Below are positions 1-11,935 of a stretch of 64,000 nucleotides of DNA, in pieces. The stretch comes from Squalus acanthias (Eukaryota): the NCBI GenBank assembly GCA_030390025.1, contig CM059448.1:36022001-36086000 (forward strand), given 5' to 3'. The position numbers were made by a program, and so were the translations under genes. The first letter of the stretch is position 1. The number at the start of each line of letters is the position of its first letter. Under the pieces are notes generated by a model. That model did not search any database. It saw nothing but the letters and a program-made list of their open reading frames with translations, and was not told the DNA's origin.

Positions 1-353
1 GATGTTGCCCCTTTCCCAGCCACTCCCCCAGTGTTCTCCACCTGTATCACAGGAGCATTATTGAGGTGGTTCACAATCTGTGAACACCAGGCTCTACTCT
101 TTCGCAGTCTGTCACCAGTCCCTATTGGCCGGTCTTGGAATCACGAACAGTCGGATCCTGGATACCATCACAGCCGTGGTGTCTGCCTCTCAACATTAAT
201 CATTAATTATGTGCCATCTGAAACAAAAGCACTGAACATGTACTTATCAATGTTACCGAGGGGGGAACGACTGAGTCAGTCTGAGCAGGCACTGGGAATG
301 GATGCAAACACGGAGCTGGGCTCTGCTGTTCAAGGACAGACTAAAGCCCCCGG

Positions 354-521
354 CAACGTTCCCACTAAGATGCATGGGCGCGCAGCCATGCATCGATCGG
401 GAGGTCCCACACAGGCCGCTCACCAGCTGTTGCCGCTGGGAAAGATATCCCGCATGCGCGGCCACGCAGCAAATTTAAAGGGACTGCGCATGGGGGGAAA
501 AAAAAGTTAGAGGGAACATTG
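354..521. mobile_element. hAT-like MITE (168 bp)
   Basis: TIRs caacgttcccactaa / ttagagggaacattg; imperfect 8-bp TSD gcccccgg (346-353) / gctccagg (522-529). Confidence 0.7.
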
Positions 522-1144
522 GCTCCAGGAATCTTTACATTCTAAGGAAAGGCTCTAAGTGTTGCAAACTGAGAAACGCTTTGAATAAAGGTCCCTCTTC
601 TGCTAGAAAAGCACTGCAAATACACACATCTCTGGTGTAGACAGCAGAATGGAAGGATGCATTGGTAATCTTTCCCAGTGGGTTTTCCGCAGCCTAGTAT
701 TTGTCTGTTACACGCGCAGTTATACATCCTGTACAGTGGGGTCAAGCCCAGATTTCTATCACTGTATAATGTGCTAATTGGCTGCCAACCAAACAGTGCA
801 TTATAGCGAGAGTCTCCTGTGTGGATTCCAGCCATTCCATTAGGTGTACAAGGATTAACATTAAGCTCGATTAGTGTATATCCAAGTTCTGCTCGAGTCC
901 AATGGGTACTGCAATGCTGCGCTGTGATTTCTTTATCAACAAACGTGGTTATGTTCATAATGGTTACTTCATTGCCATGCACACATATGAAAACATCGAT
1001 TACCAAGTGCCGTGCCCCCTTAATATCACAAGATCAACAGGAACAAAGACCTCAGGCAAAACTCTCTGTGGACACTGGTTACTCTCTGCCGAGAACAATC
1101 CATCATGAAGGTTTAGAACCGTTGTCCAGCAAGAGTGGGACTAG

Positions 1145-1505
1145 TTATTTTTTCCTTCCAAGTCTCTCCTAAAGTCACACTCCTGATTTGGTACGGTCCC
1201 ACAGATGCTGGCTGCCCTCTGCTCACTCGCCCTAAATGCCCATTCTTCATGTGTGAGCCTACACTTTGTGTGTTAGCAGGCTCATTCTATGGTGGGGAGC
1301 ATTACAGCTAGCCAACTGCTCTCCTCACATGGCATCGCACATGTACTTCCAGCACAGGTTACTGAATACCAATCAGGAGTGAAATCTGGCTGATTTTCCC
1401 CCTCCCTAACTTAGAGATAAGGAAATGAAAGGTAGTACAGGTACCCTCATTAAACCATTAGCTGAGATCAGCTAACTCAGCACAGATGGGGATCAAATCC
1501 AAGAC
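1145..1505 (-). mobile_element. Old, abundant SINE-like family; related copies at ~17980-18360, 28990-29230, 30830-31270, 33975-34500, 37640-37900, 52790-53150, 54430-54680, 57050-57365, 59250-59460
   Basis: Shared motifs (ccattcttcatgtgtgagcct, gatcaggag...ctggctgattt, cagctaactcagcacag) recur in both orientations. Confidence 0.65.
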
Positions 1506-1511
1506 CACCTT

Positions 1512-1720
1512 AGAATCATACACCACAGGAGGAGGCCATTCGGCCTATCGTGTTGGTGCCGGCTCTTTGAAAGAGCTATCCAATTAGTCCCACTCCCCTG
1601 CTCTTTTCCCATAGCCCCGCAAATTTCTCCTTTTCAAGTAGATATTCGATTCCCTTTTGAAAGTTACCACTGAATCTGCTTTCACAGCCTTTTCAGGCAG
1701 TGCATTCCAGATCGGAACGG
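1512..1720 (-). mobile_element. CR1-type LINE 3' end; similar tails at ~34087-34225, 34515-34870, 53500-53580, 58685-58795
   Basis: agaatcat...ggaggaggccattcggcc...gaaagagctatccaattagtcccactcccc tail motif. Confidence 0.75.
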
Positions 1721-1956
1721 CTTACCTCAGTGCCACACCACATAGTGCAATTGAGAGAACAGAGGCTATTTCATTTCCACAAAACATTATTTAGTATCGC
1801 TATACCTCATGTTGTGACAATAATTGGAACTGACAAACCCTTGTTCTGCCACAAGACATAACACCACCCTCACACTGAACATTTACAGACAATAGCAGTC
1901 TCCACAGCCCTGGCAGACATTACATCAGCACAGCTACCCACTACCTGTTACATCAT

Positions 1957-2251
1957 GTCTCAGTTGTATCTTGCTATGTCTTTGATGTGACCTGATTGCC
2001 TTTTGTCACACCTCGGCAGATAAACAGTCAGGGTGATTTAAATGTAGTCGTCTGCTTCTGTAACTAACACATGCATTGTTCTCTATCTATATATGCTTTG
2101 GCGATTCTGTATCTCTTTACTTCACCTGAGGAAGGGGCGATCGATAGCTCCGAAAGCTTGTGATTTCAAATAAAACTGTTGGACTATAACCTGGTGTTGT
2201 GCGACTTCTCATTTTTGTCCACCCCAGTCCAACACCGGCATCTCCGCATCA
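1957..2251 (+). mobile_element. Penelope-like element 3'-terminal fragment with minimal hammerhead ribozyme motif
   Basis: 11-bp flanking direct repeat tgttacatcat (1946-1956, 2252-2262); tcac-CTGAGGA-aggggc..gctcc-GAAA-gctt-gtga; homologous to 40280-40498. Confidence 0.75.
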
Positions 2252-2799
2252 TGTTACATCATAAACAGTGGAGCTGGATTGTGTTCATACGTGCTCCAGC
2301 TATTCTCAAGTGGCTCATAGAAGCATCTAAACCTCTCCGTGCATTATTAGTTTGTGACATGCTCAGGCTGGCACTTGTTCAGGTCAGTTTCTGAGAGAAT
2401 GATGACCACAAGGTACTTCCTGCCACTCAACACTACTAAATTTATTTCCAGGCTTCAATATTAAATGTAACTGCATTCCCTATGCATCATGATAAATACT
2501 CGTGACAATCCTCGCACAGTATTGCCATACACAAGACTAAGAGGTTCACATTTCAGTGTGTGTCGGCCTCATTTGGCTTTTTAAATCCATAATATTCAGT
2601 GTTTCTTTTAATTTCACTGCCTATGAGGTGCTATAGTCGGAGACAGATTTGAAAACAGCCTGCGAGCTGCCAACTGAACACACATCAGCTGGTGTTGGCG
2701 TTATCATCTCCTTCTCAGCAGTAACAATTTAAATGTTTGCTTTGCACAGTGTGCACAAACGGCATATCCGTCTATTTTTAATCTTCAAAAGGAGCTTAC

Positions 2800-2875
2800 C
2801 TCCGGGAGCTGTGGAATCTGGATCAGCCGCTTGAAATATTGTAAGTTGCTGGATCTATAAAATAACTCTTTCAGT
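2800..2875 (-). CDS. HIP1: HIP1 exon 10 (LKELFYRSSNLQYFKRLIQIPQLPE)
   Basis: 76 nt; tttttttgcag| acceptor, |gtaagc donor; FYRSSNLQYFKRLIQIPQLPE favours HIP1 over the paralog HIP1R. Confidence 0.96.
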
Positions 2876-3149
2876 CTGCAAAAAAAATCAACAGGAAAAT
2901 TGTTAAGTACACAACCGCCACTAAAGGTCAAATTAAAGTCGTCTTACTGCACATGCTCCAAACCCTTTACAGTGCTGTCACAAGGCATATCTAGTGTACT
3001 GTTGCAAATACACTCTGGGAACAATCACACTGAAGCCAACATACTGTTGTGCTATACTCTTCTTGTGCAACGCTCTTAATTTACCAACTCAAACTACTCT
3101 TGGCTCTACCACCACCAGGAACAGAGCTCTAAGCACCAACACCTCACCA

Positions 3150-4010
3150 CCAGCAACTTGCATTTATATAGCGCCATTAATGTAGGAAAAATGTCCCAAG
3201 ATGCTTCATAGAAGCATAATCAGACAAAAACTGACACCAAGCCAAAGGAGGAGATATTAGGAGGGTAACAAAGAGGAACGCTTTAAGGATGGTCTTAAAA
3301 TGAGAGAGAGGTGGAGGTTTAGAGAAGGAATTCCAGGGTCTAGATGGCTGAAGGCACAGTTGCCATTGCGGGCACGAAGCAGGAGGGAAAGATTAAGAGT
3401 TTGGAGTGGGATGAACGGAGAGTTTGAGGTGGGTTGTCGGGCTGGAGGAGATTACAGAGGTCAGGAGAGCAAGTCCATGAAGAGATGTAAACACAAGGAT
3501 GTGAATTTTACATTGGAGGCATTGAGGGACCAGGATCCAATGTAGGTTAGCAAGGAAAGGAGTGATGCAGGAGCGGGATTTGGTGCGGGACACTGAGTTT
3601 TGGATGAGCTGAAGTTGGCCAGGATAGCAATGGAATAGTCGAGTTTGGAGGTAACAAAGGCATATATGCAGGTTTCAGCAGTAGATAGGCCGAGTCGGGG
3701 CGGAGGCGGGCTCTATTACGGAAGGAGAAGTAGACAGTCTTTGTGATGGAGAGGATATGGGGTCAGAAGCTCAACCGAAGTTCCCGAACCATCTGGTTCA
3801 AGCCCCAGAGACAGTGACCTGCCGGGGCATGGGTACAAAGTTTGTGGCTGATGCCAAAGACAATGATTTTGGTCTTACCAATGTCTAGCTGGAGGAAATT
3901 GCAGCTCATTTAAGAATGGATGTCAAACAAGCACACTGACAACATTGAGGCAGTGGGACAGTCAAAAACGATGGTGGAGAGGTAGCGCTGGATGTCGTCA
4001 GCATGCATGT
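3150..4010 (-). mobile_element. L2 LINE 3' fragment (degraded)
   Basis: caacttgcatttatatagcgcc tail; colinear with the 11000-11935 copy. Confidence 0.8.
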
Positions 4011-4209
4011 GGAAGCCCACTTCCAGCACCTGCAGTATTTTTCTTCACTTCCCACCTTTTCCCACTGTCTCCTTTACTGTAATGAAGTGCGCGCCATTGT
4101 TTTATCTGCTGATTTGACTCAACTGCAATTCCAGGCTCAAAGAAGAGACAGCAAGTCAATGATTTCACTTTCTGCATAGTAGACCAGAGAAAAGCAGGAA
4201 GAGCAAAGG

Positions 4210-4870
4210 GTGCAAGCAGGATGTAGGGGAGGGGGCAGAGGTCTGAAGCCCTGGAGGGATATGCAGATTTAATTGAAGATTTAATTGAAGATTTTGAAAA
4301 GATGTGCTGAAGGATGGGAAGCCAATGGAGGCCGTCAAGGATAAGGGAGATACCCGAATTGAACTTCGTGCAGGATAGATGCGGGAAGCACAGTTCTGGA
4401 TGAGTTGGAACTTATGCAAGGTGGATCTCAGGAGGTTGGTAAGGAAGGCATTGGAAAAGTTAAGTCTAGTAGTAACAAAGGCATTAATGAAGGTTTGAGA
4501 GGCACTTGGGTAAGGCAGGAACAAAGAGGAGCAATATTTCAGAGGCAAAAGTCGGCAGTCTTGGTGATAAACTTAATATGAGCTTTGAAACCAAGCTGAA
4601 GGTTGAGCAACACACGAAGGTTGGCTTGAGCTTGAGTGGGTATCCAGGAAGAGGGCTGGAATCAGGAGCTAGAGTGCACAGTTTCTGGTGATGACCAAAT
4701 AGGGAGGCTTTGGTCTTGTTGACGTTGAGCTGCAGAAAGTTCTGGCTTATTCAAGATTTGAAGTCAAACAAGCTATTGAACTGCACAGTGACATTCATGA
4801 AATCAAGGGTGTTGGTGCAGAAGTAAAGCGAAGTATCATGGATATGAAAGTTGACCCCATGCTTATGGAT
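4210..4870 (-). mobile_element. L2 LINE fragment (degraded RT C-terminal region)
   Basis: ORF 4165..4548 has INAFVTTRLNFSNAFL...KFQLIQN, resembling the L2 HAFVTSRLDYSNALL motif. Confidence 0.75.
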
Positions 4871-5169
4871 AACATCACTGACAAATCGATCAAATAATCA
4901 ATAAATGCTATTTACAATTAGCGAAATCTTTAAATGTCAACAACAGACCATTACACAATGATGAGTTCACGATGCAAGGGGAGCTTTAGAGTTCGAATAT
5001 CGTATTAAAATAAAGCACACAGAAGGAATTGAATACCTGTAATGCTTTAGGGCGAACAGATGCTACTTACTGAAAGACACATTTAAAAATGGGTAAGTTA
5101 GGCATCTCTGGGATCGATGGTCAGGGTGCTTCCAGGAACATAAAGGCACATCACTCAAAGAATGGGTCA

Positions 5170-5660
5170 ATATAAAAATCCTCATCGTCGTCTTCAAATC
5201 CTTCCACATACTCACTCCACCCTCCTCCAGCCCTGCATCCCATCTTGTACCCTCTGCTTCTCCAACTTTGGTCTACTGAATGTCCCCTGCTCTCTCTGCC
5301 CGATCATTGGCCAGAGCCTTCAATCATTGTCCACATACAGTACTACCTTTACTAACACCCTGAGCCTTATTCCATCGCTTCCCCATCTCCAACAGCCTCC
5401 TTAAAACCCATCTTGTGCAGCACCCCTTTGGCTACTTCCCTTAACTTCCTTCATACACGTTTCCTACATTACAACAGGGACTACACTTCAAAAGTATTGT
5501 ATTGGTTGTAAAGCGCTTTGGGACGTCCTGTGGTCATGAAAGGCGCTGTATAAATGCAAGTCTTTCTTTCACTCTTTCTCAAGAAGTCTGACGGCAAATT
5601 GTGAAGTGCCTTGGGATATTTTGCAACATCAAAAGCACGACACAAATGTAAGTAGTTGTT
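5170..5660 (+). mobile_element. L2 3' fragment with a nested Deu-domain SINE 3' end (~5455-5570)
   Basis: L2 3' motifs flanking tacattacaac..ctacacttcaaaagta..taaatgcaagtctttc. Confidence 0.65.
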
Positions 5661-5914
5661 ATCAAAGATATCAAAAAAATTACATTACAGAGAGAATCTC
5701 TTTCTCAAGCAGTGCATTAGAGAATGCAGACGTTCAAAAGCACCAATAGTCAGCAAAGTAACACTAAGTGGTTGCTGGGATACACATTATACTGGAAATG
5801 GCAAAGAAATATGAAAAGTAATATAGACAGCCTTTATCCTGCTTTCAGAATATTCTTCAGTCTGAGGTAGAGTGCTGACAGGAAGAGATCAGCAAAGTGC
5901 TCGTTTCTACTTAC

Positions 5915-5972
5915 TTTCTGAACTGTTCGTGGAATCGGTCTCTATGGCCTTGTAAAGTGTCTGCCGGGAGAC
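5915..5972 (-). CDS. HIP1: HIP1 exon 9 ((C)LPADTLQGHRDRFHEQFR(K))
   Basis: 58 nt; ttttctctccag| acceptor, |gtaagt donor. Confidence 0.95.
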
Positions 5973-6747
5973 CTGGAGAGAAAATGTAACTTTAAAACTG
6001 CTCCTTCAATAAAGCAGTTTGGCAGGAAGGTATAAAACACAGCTAATTGGATTAGTTACATAACATCAAAATGTTTAAAAACAGCTTTCATTGCTTTGAG
6101 TGTGTTTCCAATACTTAAGGGAATGTTATTTAATATAATTCAACACACTCCAGATCACTATGTGTGGTGCAGCATGCTTAAAATATTTAACCTTTTCCTA
6201 ACTTATGGAGAAAAAATATTTGCTCCCTAAATATACGGATGTCAAGGCTGAATCCTGGATTTGTACTCAAGCTCCAACATTAGTTTGAGTGTAAGTAGAA
6301 GATTGACTAAACCCCTCTCTCTCCCTCTTGAAAGAGGAGTAAGGCAAGGCCAGGTAGTCTACTGTCACCCATTCTATTTAATTTCCTGATCAATGGTGTG
6401 TCTCAACAACAGTCTCCAAGTTTCTGTTCCAGGCATTTCTGAAAGAACTGCAGTTGATGGTTTGCTTTTGATAGAGAATCAAATAAAGTTCTCAGATGGC
6501 AGCACCAGCCATGGCCCTGCCCCGCCGGCCACAGCCCTCCAGTTTCTGCTGGTTAAATCCCTGCAGTACCCTGTGCACATTTGGTGATCCCCAAGCCTTG
6601 GACCTTGCTGACCTGCAACTGAGCTCTCTGGACTTAACTAAGTGCAGTGCGTCCCTGTGGACAAACAGAAAGCTTGTATCCTTAATAGCTTAGTTTGAAA
6701 ACTGTAAACAGTGATCAGGCTGTCCAAACCCTGATCAAACTCAACCT

Positions 6748-8927
6748 CCCCAGACCCCCATCACCCAGACTCACCGTCCACGCAGACCCCCATCACTCAG
6801 ACTCACCGTCCCCGCAGACACCCATCACCAGACTCACCGTCCCCGCAGACACCCATCACCCTGACTCACCGTCCCCGGAGACCCCCATCACCCAGACTCA
6901 CCGTCCCCGCAGACCCCCATCACTCAGACTCACCGTCCCCGCAGACACCCATCACCCAGACTCACCATCCCCGCAGACCCCCATCACCCAGAGTCACCGT
7001 CCCCGCAGACCCCCATCACCCAGACTCACCGTCCCAACAGACCCACATCACCCAGGACTCACCGTCCCCGCAGACCCCCATCACCCAGACTCACCGTCCC
7101 CGCAGACACACATCACTCAGACTCACCGTCCCCGCAGACACACATCACTCAGACTCACCGTCCCCGCAGACACCCATCACCCAGACTCACCGTCCCCGCA
7201 GACACCCATCACCCAGACTCACCGTCCCCGCAGACACCCATCACCCAGACTCACCGTCCCCGCAGACCCCCAGCACCCAGAGTCACCGTCCCCGCAGACC
7301 CCCATCACCCAGAGTCACCGTCCCAACAGACCCCCATCACCCAGACTCACCGTCCCCGCAGACCCCCATCACCCAGACCTCACCGCCCCCGCAGACCCCC
7401 ATCACCCAGACTCACCGTCCCCGCAGACCCCCATCACCCAGACTCACCGTCTCCGCAGACCCCCATCACCCAGACTCACCGTCCCCGCAGACCCCCATCA
7501 CCCAGACTCACCGTCCCCGCAGACCCCCATCACCCAGACTCACCGTCCCCGCAGACCCCCATCACCCAGACGCACCGTCCCCGCAGACCCCCATCACCCA
7601 GACTCACCGTCCCCGCAGACTCACCGTCCCCGCAGACCCCCATCACCCAGACTCACCGTCCCCGCAGACTCCCATCACCCAGACTCACCGTCCCCGCAGA
7701 CCCCCATCACCCAGAGTCACCGTCCCCGCAGACCCCCATCACCCAGACTCACCGTCCCCGCAGTACCCATCACCCAGAGTCACCGTCCCCGCAGACCCCC
7801 ATCACCCAGACTCACCGTCCCCGCAGACCCCCATCACCCAGACTCACCGTCCCCGCAGACCCCCATCACCCAGACTCACCGTCCCCGCAGACCCCCATCA
7901 CCCAGACTCACCGTCCCCGCAGTACCCATCACCCAGACTCACCGTCCCCGCAGACCCCCATCACCCAGACTCACCGTCCCCGCAGACCCCCATCACCCAG
8001 ACTCACCGTCCCCGCAGACCCCCATCACCCAGACTCACCGTCCCCGCAGACTCCCATCACCCAGACTCACCGTCCCCGCAGACCCCCATCACCCAGACTC
8101 ACCGTCCCCGCAGACCCCCATCACCCAGACTCACCGTCCCCGCAGACCCCCATCACCCAGACTCACCGTCCCCGCAGACCCCCATCACCCAGAGTCACCG
8201 TCCCCGCAGACCCCCATCACCCAGAGTCACCGTCCCCGCAGACCCCCATCACCCAGACTCACCGTCCCCGCAGACCCCCATCACCCAGACTCACCGTCCC
8301 CGCAGACCCCCATCACCCAGACTCACCGTCCCCGCAGACCCCCATCACCCAGAGTCACCGTCCCCGCAGACCCCCATCACCCAGACTCACCGTCCCCGCA
8401 GACCCCCATCACCCAGACTCACCGTCCCCGCAGACTCCCATCACCCAGACTCACCGTCCCCGCAAACCCCCATCACCCAGAGTCACTGTCCCCGCAGACC
8501 CCCATCACCCAGACTCACCGTCCCCGCAGACTCCCATCACCCAGACTCACCGTCCCCGCAGACCCCCATCACCCAGAGTCACTGTCCCCGCAGACCCCCA
8601 TCACCCAGAGTCACTGTCCCCGCAGACCCCCATCACCCAGACTCACCGTCCCCGCAGACCCCCATCACCCAGACTCACCGTCTCCGCAGACCCCCATCAC
8701 CCAGACTCACCATCTCCGCAGACCCCCATCACCCAGAGTCACCGTCCCCCATCACCCAGACTCACCGTCCCCGCAGACCCCCATCACCCAGACTCACCGT
8801 CCCCGCAGAGTCCCATCACCCAGACTCACCGTCCCCGCAGACTCCCATCACCCAGACTCACCGTCCCCGCAGACTCCCATCACCCAGACTCACCGTCCCC
8901 ACAGACCCCCATCACCCAGACTCACCC
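6748..8927. repeat. 32-bp minisatellite, ~68 copies (gactcaccgtccccgcagacccccatcaccca)
   Basis: Directly visible homogeneous tandem array; the unit is two related half-units each starting cagac; lies in intron 8. Confidence 0.97.
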
Positions 8928-9938
8928 GCTTCACCAATCCCAGCTGTCTTGGCTGCTTCCACTGTCTAAACATGAAATGTTCTGCATTTACTGGTGTAAT
9001 AATGTGACTAAATTACTGTTTTTTTAATGAATCACAATGTTTGCAGCTACCTATTGATTGCAGTCGGTAGCATTGCCGCAGCTGTATGGAGTGGGCACAG
9101 GTTCTATCACATGGCTTTAATGGCAGTGTGTAGTCAATCTATGGATAGATTTTATGATTTGCGCCCCTGGCGTGCAGCTCTCTCTCCTTCCCTCCGCGGC
9201 AGCTTGATAGATAGAGGAGCACAGGGGCACCAAATCAGAGAGGTCCACAGCCCAGTCATTTAGACGCCCAGTTAGAGGGAAGAGATGTAAATCAGTCACG
9301 GCCGTACCTACCAACTCTTAATGAGAAATTCCACAGTCCCCAGGCGATAGAGAGAAAAAGCACAGAAAGAACAAAGAAAGAGAGAAAGATGAGGAAAAGG
9401 AAATAAGACTACATTAATGCCAGTTGGCTGTCTCTGAGGCTCATGTGACAGATGCGGCTTGCTGTTTTTAGGTTAGGTTGTTTTTCGGATACCTCATAAA
9501 TGCAGCTTGTGACTGAAAATCTCAGTCCAATAATGCCAATTTTGGTCACTAGCTCGAGAAATTGCTGAAGACAATATTTCCAAGTTGGACTCGACAAGGG
9601 TTTTTTTTTAAACTCGCGTTTGTTCCGTTTGTTCTGTTGCTGTATAGTAATAAAAAAATTGGTTTTTTTGCAATAGTGATACCATTTCCCTTCAGGTAGC
9701 TGACATAACCTTTTGGAAATAAGGACAGGAAAATGTCAATACTTACAAAGGGTCCCCCATATAGAACATTGTGATATAACATATAACCTCTTCAATAACG
9801 CACTCCCCTCTGCTATAGGCCTGCAGCCTACTCACCCACTCTGATTATATGGTGTCAAGCGGCAGTATATGTACTGCACTGCAAGAAACATCCACGACAC
9901 TAGGTGGCTTTTGGAGTGAATTATACATTCATACTTAC

Positions 9939-10079
9939 AGGAATGTAATTTGAAGAGGAGTTTAACTGTGTAGTCGTACAGGTGGCTGCAGTCGAGAATA
10001 ACCTGGATTAGAGGAGCCAATCGACACTGGCCAGCCGCTGTTACAGAGACCGATCTCGACATGTCCAGGGAACTGAAGA
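9939..10079 (-). CDS. HIP1: HIP1 exon 8 ((V)FSSLDMSRSVSVTAAGQCRLAPLIQVILDCSHLYDYTVKLLFKLHS)
   Basis: 141 nt; ttttgcag| acceptor, |gtaagt donor; overlaps ORF 9832..10062. Confidence 0.97.
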
Positions 10080-10999
10080 CTGCAAAATAAAGGGAAACAG
10101 CGTTTCACTACATGGAACTACAGCAATAACCCTGCATCAGACATAAGCGAAACACATTCAGCAATCCATCACTGCAGTACAACACAGAGACATAACCTAT
10201 TAAATAATCTAGTCCCTCAGAACCATAGAAAATGGCCATCTAGAAAATGCATTGGTTATGTCCCCTAAATGCAATAAATCAGAAAAGATCTGCTGTATGT
10301 ATTGAGAGAGTACAATAAGCATGTTTGGTTTAATGAAATTATCAGTGGGTCAACTCAGAAATGCATCGCCCAATTGTCGAGGGTTGTTGGAGCATGGAAT
10401 GCTTTGTCATGGGAAAGGGAGGATGCAGAGACTATTGCATCTTTTAAGGAAATATTAGATAAATATTTGAGGAAGATACATGACTATGGGGAGAGTGCAG
10501 GGCAGTGGGATTACTTTTGGATTGCCATAGCAAAGAGCCAGCACGAACACAATGGGCTAAACTACCTCCTTCTGTGCTGTAAAGTTTGACCTCCTCTTAG
10601 CCTTGCCAAATTATTTTTTTTTGCTTCCCCTTTATATATTTTCCATATTTAGCTCAATTTTCTTTCCTATTATTAGCCCTAGATTTTTCACAAGCTTTTT
10701 ACAACTCTTATTTTAATTTCTCTACTCATCCAAACAATTCCAACTATTGTTACATCACCCTTCCTTACGTGAATATGTTCACTGTACCTTGATCATCTCC
10801 GGTTTCAATGATTCCAGTGTACAGCCAGATCCTGCCATAACTGGATGGAAAATCAAGCTATGTCCAATGTGCGTCCATTATAACATTTAAATGAAGCTCT
10901 GCCCTATTTTTGGTTGAGAGCACTTTTGACCGGCCAGAAGATGACGGCAGTGCAAAAGTGGCAGAGATTTGGCAACATCAACTGCCACATCAATGTAAA

Positions 11000-11935
11000 T
11001 ACAACAACAACAATTTGTATTTATATAGCGCCTTTAACATAGAAAACATTCGAAGGCGCTGCACAGGAGTATTATAAGAAAAAAATTTGACACTGAGCCA
11101 CATAAGGAGAAATTAGGGCAGGTGACCAAAAGCTTGGTCAAAGAGGTAGGTTTTAAGGAGCTTCTTAAAGGAGGAAAGAGAGGTAGCGAGGTGGAGTGGT
11201 TTAGGCAGGGAATTCCAGAGCTTAGGGCCCAGGCAACAGAAGGCACGGCCACCAATGGTTGGGCGATTATAATCAGGGATGCTCAAGAGGGCAGAATTAG
11301 AGGAGCGCAGATATCTCGGGGGGTTTGTGGGGCTGAAGGAGATTACAGAGATAGGGAGGGGCGAGGCCCTGGAGGGATTTGAAAACAAGGATGAGAATTT
11401 TGAAATCAAGGCGTTGTTTAACCGGGAGCCAATGTAGGTCAGCGATCACAGGGGTGATGGGCGAACGGGACTTGGTGCGAGTTAGGACTCGGGCAGCCGA
11501 GTTTTGGATGACCTCAAGTTTACGTAGGGTAGAATGTGGGAGGCCAGCCAGGAGTGCGTTGGAATAGTCAAGTCTAGATATAACAAAGGCATGGATGAGG
11601 GTTTAAGCAGTGGATGAGCTGAGGCAAGGGCGGAGACAGGCGATGTTACGGAGGTGGAAGTAGGTGGTCTTTGTTATACCGCGGATATGTGGTCGGAAGC
11701 TCATTTCAGGGTCAAATATGACACCAAGGTTGTGAACAGTGTGGTTCAGCCTCAGACAGATGTTAGGGAGAGGGATGAAGTCAGTGGCTAGGGAACGGAG
11801 TTTGTGGCGGGGACCGAAAACAATGGCTTTGGTTTTCCCAATATTTAATTGGAGAAAATTTCTGCTCATCCAGAACTGGATGTCGGACAAGCAGTCTGAC
11901 AATTTAGAGACAGTGAAGAGGTTGAGAGTGGAGAA
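11000..11935 (-). mobile_element. L2 LINE, 5'-truncated, relatively well preserved
   Basis: ORFs 11603..11902 (CLSDIQFWMSRNFLQLNIGKTK..NLGVIFD) and 11113..11409 (GGRAF..GPKLWNSLP..FKKLLKTYLF); (caa)n tail. Confidence 0.92.

Noticed and set aside
6748-8927. CRISPR-like array (32-bp repeats)
   Set aside because: No unique spacers, units abut directly, no cas genes, vertebrate context
6695-9007. 770-aa Pro/His/Thr-rich ORF
   Set aside because: Artefact of a stop-free C-rich 32-bp repeat that cycles through all three frames; TTG start; antisense within a HIP1 intron
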